Positions 1 to 9,543 of a stretch of DNA of 64,000 nt are shown here, one piece after another. Numbering within the stretch: position 1 is the stretch's first letter; each line of letters begins with the position of its first letter. The DNA comes from Myxococcota bacterium. Lineage in GTDB: Bacteria > Myxococcota > Myxococcia > Myxococcales > Myxococcaceae. Location: the NCBI GenBank assembly GCA_049322255.1, contig JBMORE010000133.1, forward strand, positions 1-64,000, read 5' to 3'. The translations under genes were made by a program, and so were the position numbers. The notes under the pieces were generated by a model that saw only the letters and a list, made by a program, of their open reading frames with translations, did no database searches and was not told where the DNA came from.

Positions 1-74
1 GAGCGGCGGACCGGGTTCGAACCGGCGACCCCGAGCTTGGGAAGCTCGTGCTCTACCAGCTGAGCTACCACCGC
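1..74 (-). tRNA. tRNA-Gly(CCC); the 3' CCA end is cut by the window edge
   Basis: The reverse complement reads GCGGTGGTAGCTCAGCTGGTAGAGCACGAGCTTCCCAAGCTCGGGGTCGCCGGTTCGAACCCGGTCCGCCGCTC. It has a D-arm, anticodon stem CGAGC/GCTCG with CCC, and T-loop GGTTCGAA. Confidence 0.95.
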
Positions 75-163
75 AGGCGAAGAGGTTGATAACCCTCGTC
101 GTGACGCGGGTCAAGGCGTGCGGCCGGTCGGAGGGAGGACAGGCACGAAGTGTTCGGCATGGG

Positions 164-535
164 TCAACTCGCGACCTCGGCGCGCTCTCCCAAATAGTGG
201 CGAACGATCGCCAAGAGCAGCTCCACCTCGATGGGTTTGGGTATCACCCCCTGGCAACCTTTGGGAACGACCAGGCTGTCGGCCGCGGAGATGATCACGA
301 CCGGCACCTCCTTCAGCCGTGGGTCCTCCCGCATGGCGGCGTACAACTGCCACCCATTCATCACGGGCATGGTGAGGTCGAGCAACACCAGCTGCGGCGC
401 TTCGCTCTGGCGCATCTGCTCCAGCGCCACCTGGCCGTTCGGCGCGGTGCGCACGCCGTACCCGCGGCTCGTCAGGAGATCGGCGAGCAGCTCGCGGCTC
501 TCCTCGCTGTCCTCGACGATGAGGATGTGGCCCAT
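164..535 (-). CDS. Single-domain response regulator (CheY-like REC)
   Basis: Motifs ILIVEDS, LVLLDLTMPVMNG (phospho-Asp), VVIISA and KP. Confidence 0.9.
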   Translation of the reverse strand: MGHILIVEDSEESRELLADLLTSRGYGVRTAPNGQVALEQMRQSEAPQLVLLDLTMPVMNGWQLYAAMREDPRLKEVPVVIISAADSLVVPKGCQGVIPKPIEVELLLAIVRHYLGERAEVAS

Positions 536-537
536 CT

Positions 538-2277
538 CTACTCGCCTTCCTCGACGGTGAGCTGGTACGCGTCCTGGAAGTTCGCCTCCCGGCTCTTCGC
601 GTCGCGCACCTCGAACACGTACACCCCCGGCTCGGCGGAGTAGCGGATGACTTCCGGCTGCTCCCCCTTGGCGCGGTCGGCGGTCTCCACCAAGTGGAGC
701 TTCCCCTCCTCGTCCACCCGATGGAGGTACAGCCCCACGTCCACCTTCAAAATCCCGGTGAGCGTCGCGCGCAGGCTGGTCTTCACCGGCCGCCCCGACA
801 AATCGAGCCGGTAGTAGTCGACGTCCTTCTTCGGTTGAATCGTCCCCCGCACCGGTCGGCTCATGGTCAGCACCGTGGCGTCCTGCACCCTGTGGTTGGG
901 CTCCCGCTCTTGGCTTCCGTCATCGGGCGTGACGGCGACGGTGAGGCGGTAGGGCAGGTCGGGGTTCTCGAAGTCGCGCACCCACTTGCCGTCGACCTTG
1001 CGGGTGTTGCCATCGACCTTGAACCAGCACGCCTCGACGCACAGCACGTTGTTGGCGATCTCCGGCTCCTTCACCGCGCCATCGTTCACCTTGAGAAGAA
1101 CCTCCTCCGCACCTCCGGGCGTCTCCGCGGGCTTCACCACCGAGAGCACCAGGTCGAGCCGCTCGACGCCGGACAGCTGCACCTTGGCCAGCACTGGCTG
1201 CGCGGTGCGCAAGACGTAGTAGTCGACGTCGGACTTGGGAGAGAGGAAACCCTCCCGCCAACCGTCGCGAGGCAGGGCGGTGGCTTTGGCCAGCTCGTCG
1301 TTGGGCTCGTACTCCGCGTTGGCGCCGGCCTCTTCCTGACCCACGCTCAAGGTATACGGCTGGTCGGGCTGGTAGCCGCGCTTGGCGTCCTTCCCCGTGC
1401 CGCTCCACCCACTCTTCACCACCACGTACACCAGACGGTCGGTGGCCCGCACCCCTACGTTGCGCAAGGAGAGCGCCTCGTTCTCCTTGCCCTTCACCTG
1501 GAACAAGGCAGCCTCGGCTTCGGAGAGCACCGCCACCTCGAAGCGCACCCCGCTCACCGCGCCCAACTCGATCTTGAGCGCGACCTGGGGGGCTTCATCG
1601 AGCGGGGCTCCGGCATCGGTCAGGGGCAGGCCGGCGTCGGCGAAGCCCTCGCCGCCGTCGACTTGTGCCAACGCCGCTCCCTCGGGCTGTGGCAGCTCGA
1701 CGCGGTACCAGTCTTCATCGCCTGCATGCCCGAGGTAGCCGGTCACCGGCTCGCCCAGAGCGAGGGAATTACCATCCACCGCGCGGTCGTTGGGCTCGAC
1801 CTCTTCTCCGGGAACCATGGCCTTGAAGTGCGCGGTCAGCGTGTAGGCGCCTCCCAGGCCCCTCTTCGCCGCGAAGACCCGCACGAACGTCTTGCCCGAC
1901 ACCCCCAGGTTGGGGAGTCGCTCGGGCAGGCCCTCGCCCTCGCTGTTGACCAGCGCCAGGCGGTTTCGGTCGGCGTCCATCACCTCGAGCACCATGTCTC
2001 CGCCGGGAAAGCCGCTCACGGTGACGTCCACCGTGCGCGGGAGATTCGAGCTCAGCTGGTACCAGTCCTCGTCGGGCTTGGCAGGGTCGGCGGAGAGGTG
2101 GGCGCTCACCAGCGATGACCCGGTCAAAAGCAGCGCCTGATCGGGACGGTCGTTGGGCTCCTTTTCGGTGAGTGCGGCGGGCCCCGCGTCGACCGACCCT
2201 GCGTCGAGCTCGGTCTTGTTGCTTGGGCAAGCGAGTAGGCAGGCAGAAGCCACCGCTGCCCAAGCACGCCTTCGCAT
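538..2277 (-). CDS. Lipoprotein with four ExEPND / PPC-like (pre-peptidase C-terminal) repeats
   Basis: Start moved to MRRRAWAAVASACLLAC (lipobox, GGAGGG upstream). Repeats EKEPND, EVEPND, EYEPND and EREPNH are each followed by D-x-D-[WY]-Y. Confidence 0.75.
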   Translation of the reverse strand: MRRRAWAAVASACLLACPSNKTELDAGSVDAGPAALTEKEPNDRPDQALLLTGSSLVSAHLSADPAKPDEDWYQLSSNLPRTVDVTVSGFPGGDMVLEVMDADRNRLALVNSEGEGLPERLPNLGVSGKTFVRVFAAKRGLGGAYTLTAHFKAMVPGEEVEPNDRAVDGNSLALGEPVTGYLGHAGDEDWYRVELPQPEGAALAQVDGGEGFADAGLPLTDAGAPLDEAPQVALKIELGAVSGVRFEVAVLSEAEAALFQVKGKENEALSLRNVGVRATDRLVYVVVKSGWSGTGKDAKRGYQPDQPYTLSVGQEEAGANAEYEPNDELAKATALPRDGWREGFLSPKSDVDYYVLRTAQPVLAKVQLSGVERLDLVLSVVKPAETPGGAEEVLLKVNDGAVKEPEIANNVLCVEACWFKVDGNTRKVDGKWVRDFENPDLPYRLTVAVTPDDGSQEREPNHRVQDATVLTMSRPVRGTIQPKKDVDYYRLDLSGRPVKTSLRATLTGILKVDVGLYLHRVDEEGKLHLVETADRAKGEQPEVIRYSAEPGVYVFEVRDAKSREANFQDAYQLTVEEGE

Positions 2278-2414
2278 GGTGTTTCCCTCCCGGTGCATGG
2301 AAGCCGCCGGATATCGAACATGCCGCCCAACAGAGCAAGCGCCGAATTGTTCCTGCGGGCCAAGGCGCGAATACAAACTGGAGAAGGCCGTTCTTTCGCT
2401 GCATCATGCGGCCT

Positions 2415-3257
2415 ATGGCTCGTCTGGCGGTCTTTCTCGTGCTCGCTGCGCCGCTTTTGGCCCTGGGCGGGCAGATCGGCTATGCGCAGGCCACGGGCTA
2501 CTACAAAAAGGAAACGCGCCCCACGCTCTACCAGCCCCTCAACCTGCTCGACGGCCGCGAAATCACCGCCTGGTGCTCGCCCACCCCCGACCCGCTCAAC
2601 GACCAGCTCACCTTCGGCTTCAAGGGCCCGACGCACATCGACGAGATTCGCGTCTACACCGGCAACGGCTTCGACGAGAGCACCTGGAAAGAGCTCTCGC
2701 GGGCGAAGAAGTTCTCCATCAAGGGCCCCGCGGGCGCGCTCAGCTTCACCGTGGCCGACCAGCGCGGCCTGCAAGCGGTTGCGGTGAACCCTCCGCTGGC
2801 CGGCTCGCAGTTCACCGTGGAGGTCCTCGACCTCTACCCCGCGGAAGACCCCGACGTGCCGGTCTGCATCACCGACATCGTGTTCTTCAGCGAAGGCAAG
2901 GCGCTCAACGGTAACTGGCTCACCCCCAAGCTCAAATACGACAAGCGCCAAGCGCCCTATCTGGGCACGTGGTTTGCGGGCTACGAGGGCGCCCCCGACC
3001 GTTACCTGTCTTTCTATTTCGACGGCACCTACCGCTACGTCTACGACCCCTTCGACAAGGCGGCCAACAAGCCCAAGGTCCTTTCGGGCAGCTACGACGT
3101 TTCTGGCTCGCGGCTGGTGCTGGAAGTCCCGGGCAAGGGCAAGGTCTCGGCGCGCGCGCACCGCGACAAGGCCAAGGAGCGCGAACGCGGGCACACCCTC
3201 ACCCTCGAGGGAGACTTGCCCGAGGACTTGAAGCAGGCGTTCAGGGATTACCTTTGA
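2415..3257 (+). CDS. Secreted protein with a discoidin/F5-8-like (NADase-type glycan-binding) domain
   Basis: Signal peptide MARLAVFLVLAAPLLA. Motifs NLLDG..TAWC and EIRVYTGNG are typical of this beta-sandwich family. The start is inferred. Confidence 0.6.
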   Translation: MARLAVFLVLAAPLLALGGQIGYAQATGYYKKETRPTLYQPLNLLDGREITAWCSPTPDPLNDQLTFGFKGPTHIDEIRVYTGNGFDESTWKELSRAKKFSIKGPAGALSFTVADQRGLQAVAVNPPLAGSQFTVEVLDLYPAEDPDVPVCITDIVFFSEGKALNGNWLTPKLKYDKRQAPYLGTWFAGYEGAPDRYLSFYFDGTYRYVYDPFDKAANKPKVLSGSYDVSGSRLVLEVPGKGKVSARAHRDKAKERERGHTLTLEGDLPEDLKQAFRDYL

Positions 3258-3265
3258 GCTGATGT

Positions 3266-3297
3266 CCCTCACCCTGCCCTCTCCCACAGGGAGAGGG
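3266..3297 (+). repeat. BoxC/REP-like palindromic element, copy 1
   Basis: CCCTCACCCTGCCCTCTCCC-ACA-GGGAGAGGG lies between convergent genes. Confidence 0.85.
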
Positions 3298-3299
3298 GG

Positions 3300-3695
3300 C
3301 TAGCTGCCGGTGGCGCCGACCTTCTTCTTGCCGGAAAAGCGCTGGAAGAAGTCGATGATCTCGCCTTCCGCGGCCTTGAAGTCGGAGGCGTCTTTGAACT
3401 CCGACTCGAGGAAGATGCCGCCGCACGACTCGCAGGTGTCGTATTGGAGCGGATGGTGGCGCTCACCTCCCTCCACCCGCACCAAGTCGACCTGGCACTC
3501 GGCGCACTGGCCGGTCAACGCGTCGGCGTCGACCTTGCCCCCGATGGTCTCCAGGGTCGGCATGTTGTTGTGCAAAAGCAGCCGGTTGAGATCCGCGACG
3601 TCGATCCACAAACCGCCGCACTCGCCGCACTTGCGCAGCGTCTGTCCATCCCCTTCGAGATCGGCCATCTCGACGTCACAGGCGGGGCAATTCAT
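3300..3695 (-). CDS. zf-TFIIB-type double zinc-ribbon protein
   Basis: CPAC..CGECGGLWID and CAEC..CESCGGIFLE give two CxxC-CxxC ribbons. Confidence 0.85.
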   Translation of the reverse strand: MNCPACDVEMADLEGDGQTLRKCGECGGLWIDVADLNRLLLHNNMPTLETIGGKVDADALTGQCAECQVDLVRVEGGERHHPLQYDTCESCGGIFLESEFKDASDFKAAEGEIIDFFQRFSGKKKVGATGS

Positions 3696-3832
3696 CGTGG
3701 GTGCTTAGCTCCTGTCAGTTTGGAGAAATGATAGGTCTTCATTTTTCGAAGGTGCAACCCGGCAAGCAGGCGCTCCCTCACCAATCCCTACTGCTGAACG
3801 ATTGCGCTTCAGTATTTTGGTGTCTTCGCGCA

Positions 3833-5098
3833 TCACGACTTGACTCTGCGAATGTTTGCCCCCAACGCCCGTAGCTTCCGCTCCAGGCGCTCATACCCGC
3901 GGTCGAGGTGGTAGACGCGGCTGACCTCGGTGTGCCCTTCGGCGCGCAGGCCCGCGAGGATGAGCGACGCCGAGGCCCGTAAGTCGGTCGCCATCACCGG
4001 GGCGCCCGAGAGGCCCTCGACCCCCCGGACGATGGCGGTGGCGCCCTCCACGGAGATGTCGGCGCCCATTCGGCGAAGCTCGGCGACGTGCATGAAGCGG
4101 TTTTCGAAGATGCTCTCGGTGATGACCGAGGTGCCTTCCGCCACCGACATGAGGACCATCAGCTGCGCCTGCATGTCGGTGGGAAAGCCCGGGTGCTCGA
4201 GCGTCTTGATGTCCACCGAGCGCAAGGTCGAGGGGCCGGTGAGGCGAATGCCGCCGTCCTCGACGCGCACCTGGCAGCCAGTCTCGCGCAGCTTTTGAAT
4301 GACCGCCTCGAGGTGCTCGGGCACGGCGTTCTTCACCAGCACCTCTCCCCCGGTGACCGCCGCCGCCACCAGGAGCGTGCCGGCCTCGATGCGGTCGGGG
4401 AGGATGGCGTGGTCCACCGGCCTCAAGGCGTCGACGCCGTCGATGGTGATGACGTCCGAGCCGGCTCCGCTGATGCGGGCCCCCATCTTGTTGAGCACCT
4501 TGGCGAGCTCCTCCACTTCGGGCTCGCGGGCGGCGTTCTCCAAGGTGGTGCGGCCCTTGGCGAGCGATGCCGCCATCATCACGTTCTCGGTGCCGGTGAC
4601 GGTGATGAGGTCGAAGCTCACCACCCCGCCCTTGAGCCTCTTGGCCCGCGCCTCCACGTAGCCCTCGGTGAGCTCGACCTCCGCGCCCAGCGCCTTCAAG
4701 CCTTTCAAGTGCTGGTCGATGGGGCGAGCGCCGATGGCGCAGCCGCCGGGCATCGACACCCGGGCGCGGCCGAAGCGCGCCAAGAGCGGCCCCAAGACGA
4801 GCACCGAGGCACGCATGGTCTTCACCAACTCGTAGGGCGCCTCGGGGGTCACCTTGCCGTTCATTTCCACCTGGGCCACGTGCTTGTTCTTGCCGGTGAG
4901 CCGCTCGGCCTGGCACCCCATGGTGCGTAAGACTTTGAGCATGGTGCCCACGTCGACCAGGTCGGGGACGTTGCGAAAGGTGTGCTCGCCGTCGGCGAGC
5001 AGGGCGGAGGCCAAAATCGGCAGCGCCGCGTTCTTCGCGCCCGACGCGTAGGTCTCGCCTTTCAAGGGGCCGTCGCCTTTGACGATGATTTTGTCCAT
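3833..5098 (-). CDS. murA: UDP-N-acetylglucosamine 1-carboxyvinyltransferase
   Basis: Motifs [32 protein letters not shown] (catalytic Cys retained), GFPTDMQAQ and DLRA. Confidence 0.98.
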   Translation of the reverse strand: MDKIIVKGDGPLKGETYASGAKNAALPILASALLADGEHTFRNVPDLVDVGTMLKVLRTMGCQAERLTGKNKHVAQVEMNGKVTPEAPYELVKTMRASVLVLGPLLARFGRARVSMPGGCAIGARPIDQHLKGLKALGAEVELTEGYVEARAKRLKGGVVSFDLITVTGTENVMMAASLAKGRTTLENAAREPEVEELAKVLNKMGARISGAGSDVITIDGVDALRPVDHAILPDRIEAGTLLVAAAVTGGEVLVKNAVPEHLEAVIQKLRETGCQVRVEDGGIRLTGPSTLRSVDIKTLEHPGFPTDMQAQLMVLMSVAEGTSVITESIFENRFMHVAELRRMGADISVEGATAIVRGVEGLSGAPVMATDLRASASLILAGLRAEGHTEVSRVYHLDRGYERLERKLRALGANIRRVKS

Positions 5099-5114
5099 GC
5101 GTGGCTTTGAGGAC

Positions 5115-5972
5115 TTAGGGTTGCCTTCCGAAGGCGAGGCGGTCGAGCCGCGCGAGGTCTTTCTCTACATCGACGTCGGCGAAGCCAGCCTCCAAAAGGA
5201 GCGCGCGGACCGCCGGCCCTTGAGTCTCGCCGATCTCCAGTGCGAGGAGCCCACCGGGCTTCAAGTGCTCACGTGCGCCGCGAATGACCCGCCGCAGCAC
5301 CTCCAAGCCGTCGGGCCCGCCGTCGAGCGCCGAGCGTGGCTCCCGCCGCACCTCCCGCGACAGGTCGTCGATGTCGGCGCTCTTCACGTAAGGCGGGTTG
5401 GACACGACGGCGTCGAAGCGCGCGCCGGGGGGCAGGGGAGAAAAGAGGTCGCCCTGCAGCACGCTGACCCGGCCGCCCACCTGATGGGCTTCGGCGTTGG
5501 CGCGGGCCACCTCGCAGGCGTCGCTGGAGAGGTCGGTCGCCCACACCGAGGCCTTGGGAAGCTCGGCGGCGAGGGTCACCGCGATACACCCCGAACCGGT
5601 GCACAGGTCGAGCACCCGAACCGGGGAGTCTTGGGGGAGCGCCCGCAGCACCGCCTCCGCCAACAGCTCCGTCTCCGGCCGCGGCACCAGCACCCGGGGG
5701 TCGACTTGGAAGCGGCGGTTGTAGAACTCCTTGTGGCCGGTGAGGTACTGGGTCGGCTCGCCAGCGGCGCGGCGCTCGATGAGGGCGCGAAAGGAAGCCA
5801 GCTCCTCCTTGGCCAGCGGGCGGTCGAGGTCGACGTACAGGCGCACCCGGTCGCAGGAAAGCGCGTGGGCCAAGAGCACCTCGGCGGTGAGCCTGGGCGC
5901 GTCCACACCGTGCTTTTCGAAGTGCTGCGCCGTCCAGCCAAGCACCTTGCGGACGGTCCACGTCTCGCTCAT
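5115..5972 (-). CDS. prmC: Release factor glutamine methyltransferase
   Basis: Motifs [19 protein letters not shown] and SNPPY. The ATG overlaps the prfA stop (ATGA). Confidence 0.96.
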   Translation of the reverse strand: MSETWTVRKVLGWTAQHFEKHGVDAPRLTAEVLLAHALSCDRVRLYVDLDRPLAKEELASFRALIERRAAGEPTQYLTGHKEFYNRRFQVDPRVLVPRPETELLAEAVLRALPQDSPVRVLDLCTGSGCIAVTLAAELPKASVWATDLSSDACEVARANAEAHQVGGRVSVLQGDLFSPLPPGARFDAVVSNPPYVKSADIDDLSREVRREPRSALDGGPDGLEVLRRVIRGAREHLKPGGLLALEIGETQGPAVRALLLEAGFADVDVEKDLARLDRLAFGRQP

Positions 5973-7054
5973 TCGGAAGGTTTGGGGGCGCCGGCCTGCT
6001 GCTTGAGCGCTTCGGCCTGAAAGTAGGTGCGGCACGCGGAGAGCACGTCTTCGATGTCGCCCCCCATCACCGCCGGCAGGTTGTGCCGGGTGAGCCCGAT
6101 GCGGTGGTCGGTGAGGCGGTCTTGGGGGAAATTATAGGTGCGGATTTTCTCCGAGCGGTCGCCGGTGCCCACCTGGCCTTTGCGCATCGTGTCGCGCTCG
6201 GAGCGGATGCGCTCCTGCTCCATCTCGTAGAGCTTGGCGCGCAGCATGCGTAAGGCTTGGGTGCGGTTCTTGGTCTGGCTTTTTTCCTGCTGGCACTTCA
6301 CCACGATGCCCGAGGGCTTGTGAATGAGGCGCACCGCCGAGTCGGTGGTGTTCACGCTCTGCCCGCCCGAGCCGGTGGAGCGCATCACCTGCATCTCGAT
6401 GTCCGCGTCGTTGACTTTGATGTCCACGTCCTCCGCCTCGGGCATCACCGCCACGGTGATGGTGGAGGTGTGGATGCGCCCTTGCGCCTCGGTGGCCGGC
6501 ACCCTTTGTACCCGGTGCACCCCCGACTCGTACTTCATCACCGAGTACACGTTCTCACCCGAGAGGGTGAGGGTGGCGTCCTTCACTCCGCCCACGTTGC
6601 CGCGCGAGAGGTCGACGATTTCCGCCTTCCACCCTCGGCGGTCGGCGTAGCGCAGGTACATCTGCATCACCTCTTCGGCGAAGAGCGCGGCTTCGTCGCC
6701 GCCGGCCCCGGCGCGAATCTCGAGGATGACGTTCTTCTCGTCGTTGGGGTCTTTGGGCAGAAGGAGAACTTTCAGCTGCGCCTCCAGCTCGTCGCGTTGC
6801 GCCTTGAGCGCGGGCAGCTCCTCCTTGGCCATCTCGCGCAAGTCGACGTCGCTGCCGGCAAGCAGCTCTTCGTTGCCTGTCAGGTGGGCGAGCACCTTCT
6901 TGTAGGTGCGGAAGGTCTCCACCAGCTTCTCGATCGAGGAGCGCTCCTTGGCCACCTTCTGCAGCCGGGCGGAGTCCTCCAGCACCTGAGGGCTGCTCAG
7001 GTCGGCGGTGAGGCGCTCATAGCGTCGCTCGACTTCTTCCAGCTTGTCGATCAT
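5969..7054 (-). CDS. prfA: Peptide chain release factor 1
   Basis: GGQ motif (GSGGQSVN), RF1-specific PxT (VPATE) and [16 protein letters not shown]. Confidence 0.98.
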   Translation of the reverse strand: MIDKLEEVERRYERLTADLSSPQVLEDSARLQKVAKERSSIEKLVETFRTYKKVLAHLTGNEELLAGSDVDLREMAKEELPALKAQRDELEAQLKVLLLPKDPNDEKNVILEIRAGAGGDEAALFAEEVMQMYLRYADRRGWKAEIVDLSRGNVGGVKDATLTLSGENVYSVMKYESGVHRVQRVPATEAQGRIHTSTITVAVMPEAEDVDIKVNDADIEMQVMRSTGSGGQSVNTTDSAVRLIHKPSGIVVKCQQEKSQTKNRTQALRMLRAKLYEMEQERIRSERDTMRKGQVGTGDRSEKIRTYNFPQDRLTDHRIGLTRHNLPAVMGGDIEDVLSACRTYFQAEALKQQAGAPKPSE

Positions 7055-7127
7055 CAGCGCGGGTTTCTTGCCGGTTTGTCCCTCGCAAGGCAAGCTCGGC
7101 TTGGACTCCATTCAAAGGGAAATTCTC

Positions 7128-7238
7128 ATGGCCAAGAAGGGCAACCGGTCGAAGAAGAAGCTTGCGAGCCGCGCCAAGTCGAAGAAGCAGGCACTCAAGC
7201 GCCGGCGCGTGCGGGCGCGGAAGTCGAAGGGGAGGTAG
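7128..7238 (+). CDS. Small, highly basic 36-aa protein
   Basis: MAKKGNRSKKKLASRAKSKKQALKRRRVRARKSKGR, with a purine-rich RBS (AAAGGGA) upstream, GC3-biased codons, and a position directly before the TPR gene. Confidence 0.65.
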   Translation: MAKKGNRSKKKLASRAKSKKQALKRRRVRARKSKGR

Positions 7239-7253
7239 ACTCCCGCAGTTTCC

Positions 7254-8069
7254 ATGGCGAGAGAGAAGGACACCATCGCCCTCTCGGATGAGCACAATTC
7301 GAGGGGGATCGAGCTGGCGGACCGGGGCTGGCTGGACGAGGCGATCAAGGAATTCAAGAAGGCGATCGACTTAGACCCCAACTCCGCCCACGCGCACGAC
7401 AACCTGGCCACCGTCTACGCGGAGAAGAAGCTCTTCCGCGAGGCGCTGGGAGAGTACCTGACCGCTCTTCGCCTGGAGCCAGAGAGCGCCACCGCGCACT
7501 ACAACCTCGCCTGCTTCCTCTCCACCCACGGGTCGGAGATGGCGATCGCCGAATATAAGGAGGCGATCGACTTGGACCCCGAGTATCCCGACGCGCACCT
7601 GAACTTGGGCCTCACCTACGCCGACCACGGCCGCGAGCAGGAGGCGATGGCCGAGCTCGCCGTGGCCATCGAGCTCGACCCGGCCGACGCCTTTCCTCGC
7701 CACGAGCTCGCCGCCTTGCACATGGACGGGGGCGACTACCGCTCGGCCATCGCTCAGCTCAAGGAGGTCGTCCGGCTGGAGCCGGAGAACTTCGAGGCCC
7801 AGCTCGACTTAGGCATCTGCTACGCGCAGAAAGGGTTTTATGCAGAGGCCGAGCGGGCGTACGAGAAGGCGCGCTCCCTCAACGGCGATGATTTGCTGCT
7901 CAACTACAACCTTGCTGCCCTCTACGCGCTGTGGGGGCGCCCCCGAGAAGCCCTGGCGCACCTCAAAAAGGCGGTGACCACCGACCGGCAGAAGGTGGCC
8001 GGCTGGCTGGCGAGCGACCCGATGTTCGACTCCCTCAAGGGCGAGCCCGACTTCGAGAGCCTCATCTGA
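7254..8069 (+). CDS. Tetratricopeptide repeat protein
   Basis: Serial TPR motifs (AHDNLATVY, AHYNLACFL, AHLNLGLTY) and a TPR-end-like C-terminus (ASDPMFDSL). Confidence 0.9.
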   Translation: MAREKDTIALSDEHNSRGIELADRGWLDEAIKEFKKAIDLDPNSAHAHDNLATVYAEKKLFREALGEYLTALRLEPESATAHYNLACFLSTHGSEMAIAEYKEAIDLDPEYPDAHLNLGLTYADHGREQEAMAELAVAIELDPADAFPRHELAALHMDGGDYRSAIAQLKEVVRLEPENFEAQLDLGICYAQKGFYAEAERAYEKARSLNGDDLLLNYNLAALYALWGRPREALAHLKKAVTTDRQKVAGWLASDPMFDSLKGEPDFESLI

Positions 8070-8079
8070 CCGGCCAGGT

Positions 8080-9411
8080 ATGGAGCAATACCTCTACCTC
8101 GCGCTGGCGCTGGCCTTGGTCTTCTTGAACGGCTTTTTCGTCGCCACCGAGTTCGCCATCGTCAAAATCCGCCCCACCCGGCTCAAGGCGCTGGTGGAGG
8201 AGGGCAAGCCGGGCGCCGCGGGAGCGCAGAAGATGGTCGAGCGCCTCGACTCGTACCTCTCGGCCACGCAGTTCGGCATCACCTTGGCCTCGCTGGGCTT
8301 GGGCTGGGTGGGAGAGCCGGCCTTCGCCCGCCTGCTCGAGCCGCTCATCGCGCGGTTGATTCCCGACCCGGCGGCCGCGGCGCAGGTGGCGCACTCGGCG
8401 GCGCTGGTGACTGCCTTTTCGGTCATCACCTTCTTGCACATCGTCGTCGGCGAGCTCGCCCCCAAGAGCCTCGCCATTCAGAAGGCCGAAGCCACCACGC
8501 TGGCGGTCGCTTGGCCGATGCGTCTGTTCCACTTCCTCTTCTTTCCCGGCGTGTGGCTGCTCAACGGCATGGCACGCTGGCTGCTCAAGCGGTTCGGCTT
8601 AGGCCCGGCCATGGAGGCGCACGAGGCGCACTCCGAGGAGGAGCTCAAGCTCATCCTCACCAGCTCGGCACAGGCCGGCGCCATCACCCACCAGCGAGCG
8701 GAGCTGCTCGAGCGCGCGCTGGAGATGGTGGAGAAGATTGCCCGCCAGGTGATGGTGCCGCGAAACCAGGTGCGCTTTCTCGATCTAGAGGAACCGCTGG
8801 AGCGCAACGTGGCCGACGCCCGTGCCGCGGGGCACACCTGGCTGCCGGTGGCGCGTGGCTCGCTCGACCGGGTCGAGGGCTTGGTGAACGTGAAGGACTT
8901 GTTCTTCCTCCTCTCGCGAGGCGAGCTGAAGACCCTCTCCCAGGTGCAGCGGCCGGTGCTCTTCGTGCCCGAGAACGTCACCTTGGAGCAGCTCATGTCC
9001 GAGTTTCGCCGCCGCCGGAAGCAGCTGGCGGTAGTGGTGGACGAGCACGGCGGCACCAGCGGCATCGTCACCATCGCCGACGTGGTGGCCGAGCTGGTGG
9101 GAGACGTGGCCGAGCTGGGCCGCAAGGTCGAACCGGTGCACGCGCTCCCCGGCGGGCGGCTGGAGCTGCCCGGCACCGCCCAGCTGGACGATTTGGAGCA
9201 CACCCTCGAGGTGGAGTTCGACGTGGACCACACCGAGGTGACCACCATCGCCGGCTACATGATGGCCAAGCTGGGGAGGGTGCCGGTGCCGGGGGACAAA
9301 TGGGTGCTGGAGGCCTACGAAATCCACGTGGTGGCCACTGAAGGCCCAAGGGTGCTCACCGTGCGCGTCGAGCCCAAGACTCCCGCTCCCCCCGGGAGAG
9401 GGGCGGGGTGA
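8080..9411 (+). CDS. Hemolysin-family / CNNM (DUF21-CBS-CorC) membrane protein
   Basis: Motifs NGFFVATEFA, QFGITLASLGLGWVGEP, GELAPK and VVDEHGGTSGIVT. Confidence 0.93.
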   Translation: MEQYLYLALALALVFLNGFFVATEFAIVKIRPTRLKALVEEGKPGAAGAQKMVERLDSYLSATQFGITLASLGLGWVGEPAFARLLEPLIARLIPDPAAAAQVAHSAALVTAFSVITFLHIVVGELAPKSLAIQKAEATTLAVAWPMRLFHFLFFPGVWLLNGMARWLLKRFGLGPAMEAHEAHSEEELKLILTSSAQAGAITHQRAELLERALEMVEKIARQVMVPRNQVRFLDLEEPLERNVADARAAGHTWLPVARGSLDRVEGLVNVKDLFFLLSRGELKTLSQVQRPVLFVPENVTLEQLMSEFRRRRKQLAVVVDEHGGTSGIVTIADVVAELVGDVAELGRKVEPVHALPGGRLELPGTAQLDDLEHTLEVEFDVDHTEVTTIAGYMMAKLGRVPVPGDKWVLEAYEIHVVATEGPRVLTVRVEPKTPAPPGRGAG

Positions 9412-9415
9412 GGGG
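9382..9415 (-). repeat. BoxC/REP-like element, copy 2 (overlaps the 3' end and stop of the CBS gene)
   Basis: CCCGCTCCCCCCGGGAGAGGGGCGGGGTGAGGGG; the TGA at 9409-9411 is the stop codon of the gene. Confidence 0.75.
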
Positions 9416-9543
9416 CGTCATTTCACGAGGTTGAACGACTCTCCATATCCACTCACATAGTGTCACGCCTTGCATCGTCTCTTGCTCCGCGAAGCGCCGA
9501 CATGCTATTCGCCGGCCTCCGTTTTTCGCCAAAGGTCCTCCCG

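Noticed and set aside
164..535. Similarity of this REC protein to the hybrid kinase REC (MPVMNGWQ...DPRL) as evidence of a cognate pair
   Set aside because: This REC subfamily is abundant in myxobacteria and the genes are over 40 kb apart.
1..600. tRNA-Gly as an integration site for an island
   Set aside because: The tRNA 3' end points out of the window. I saw no integrase or duplicated att sequence inside it.
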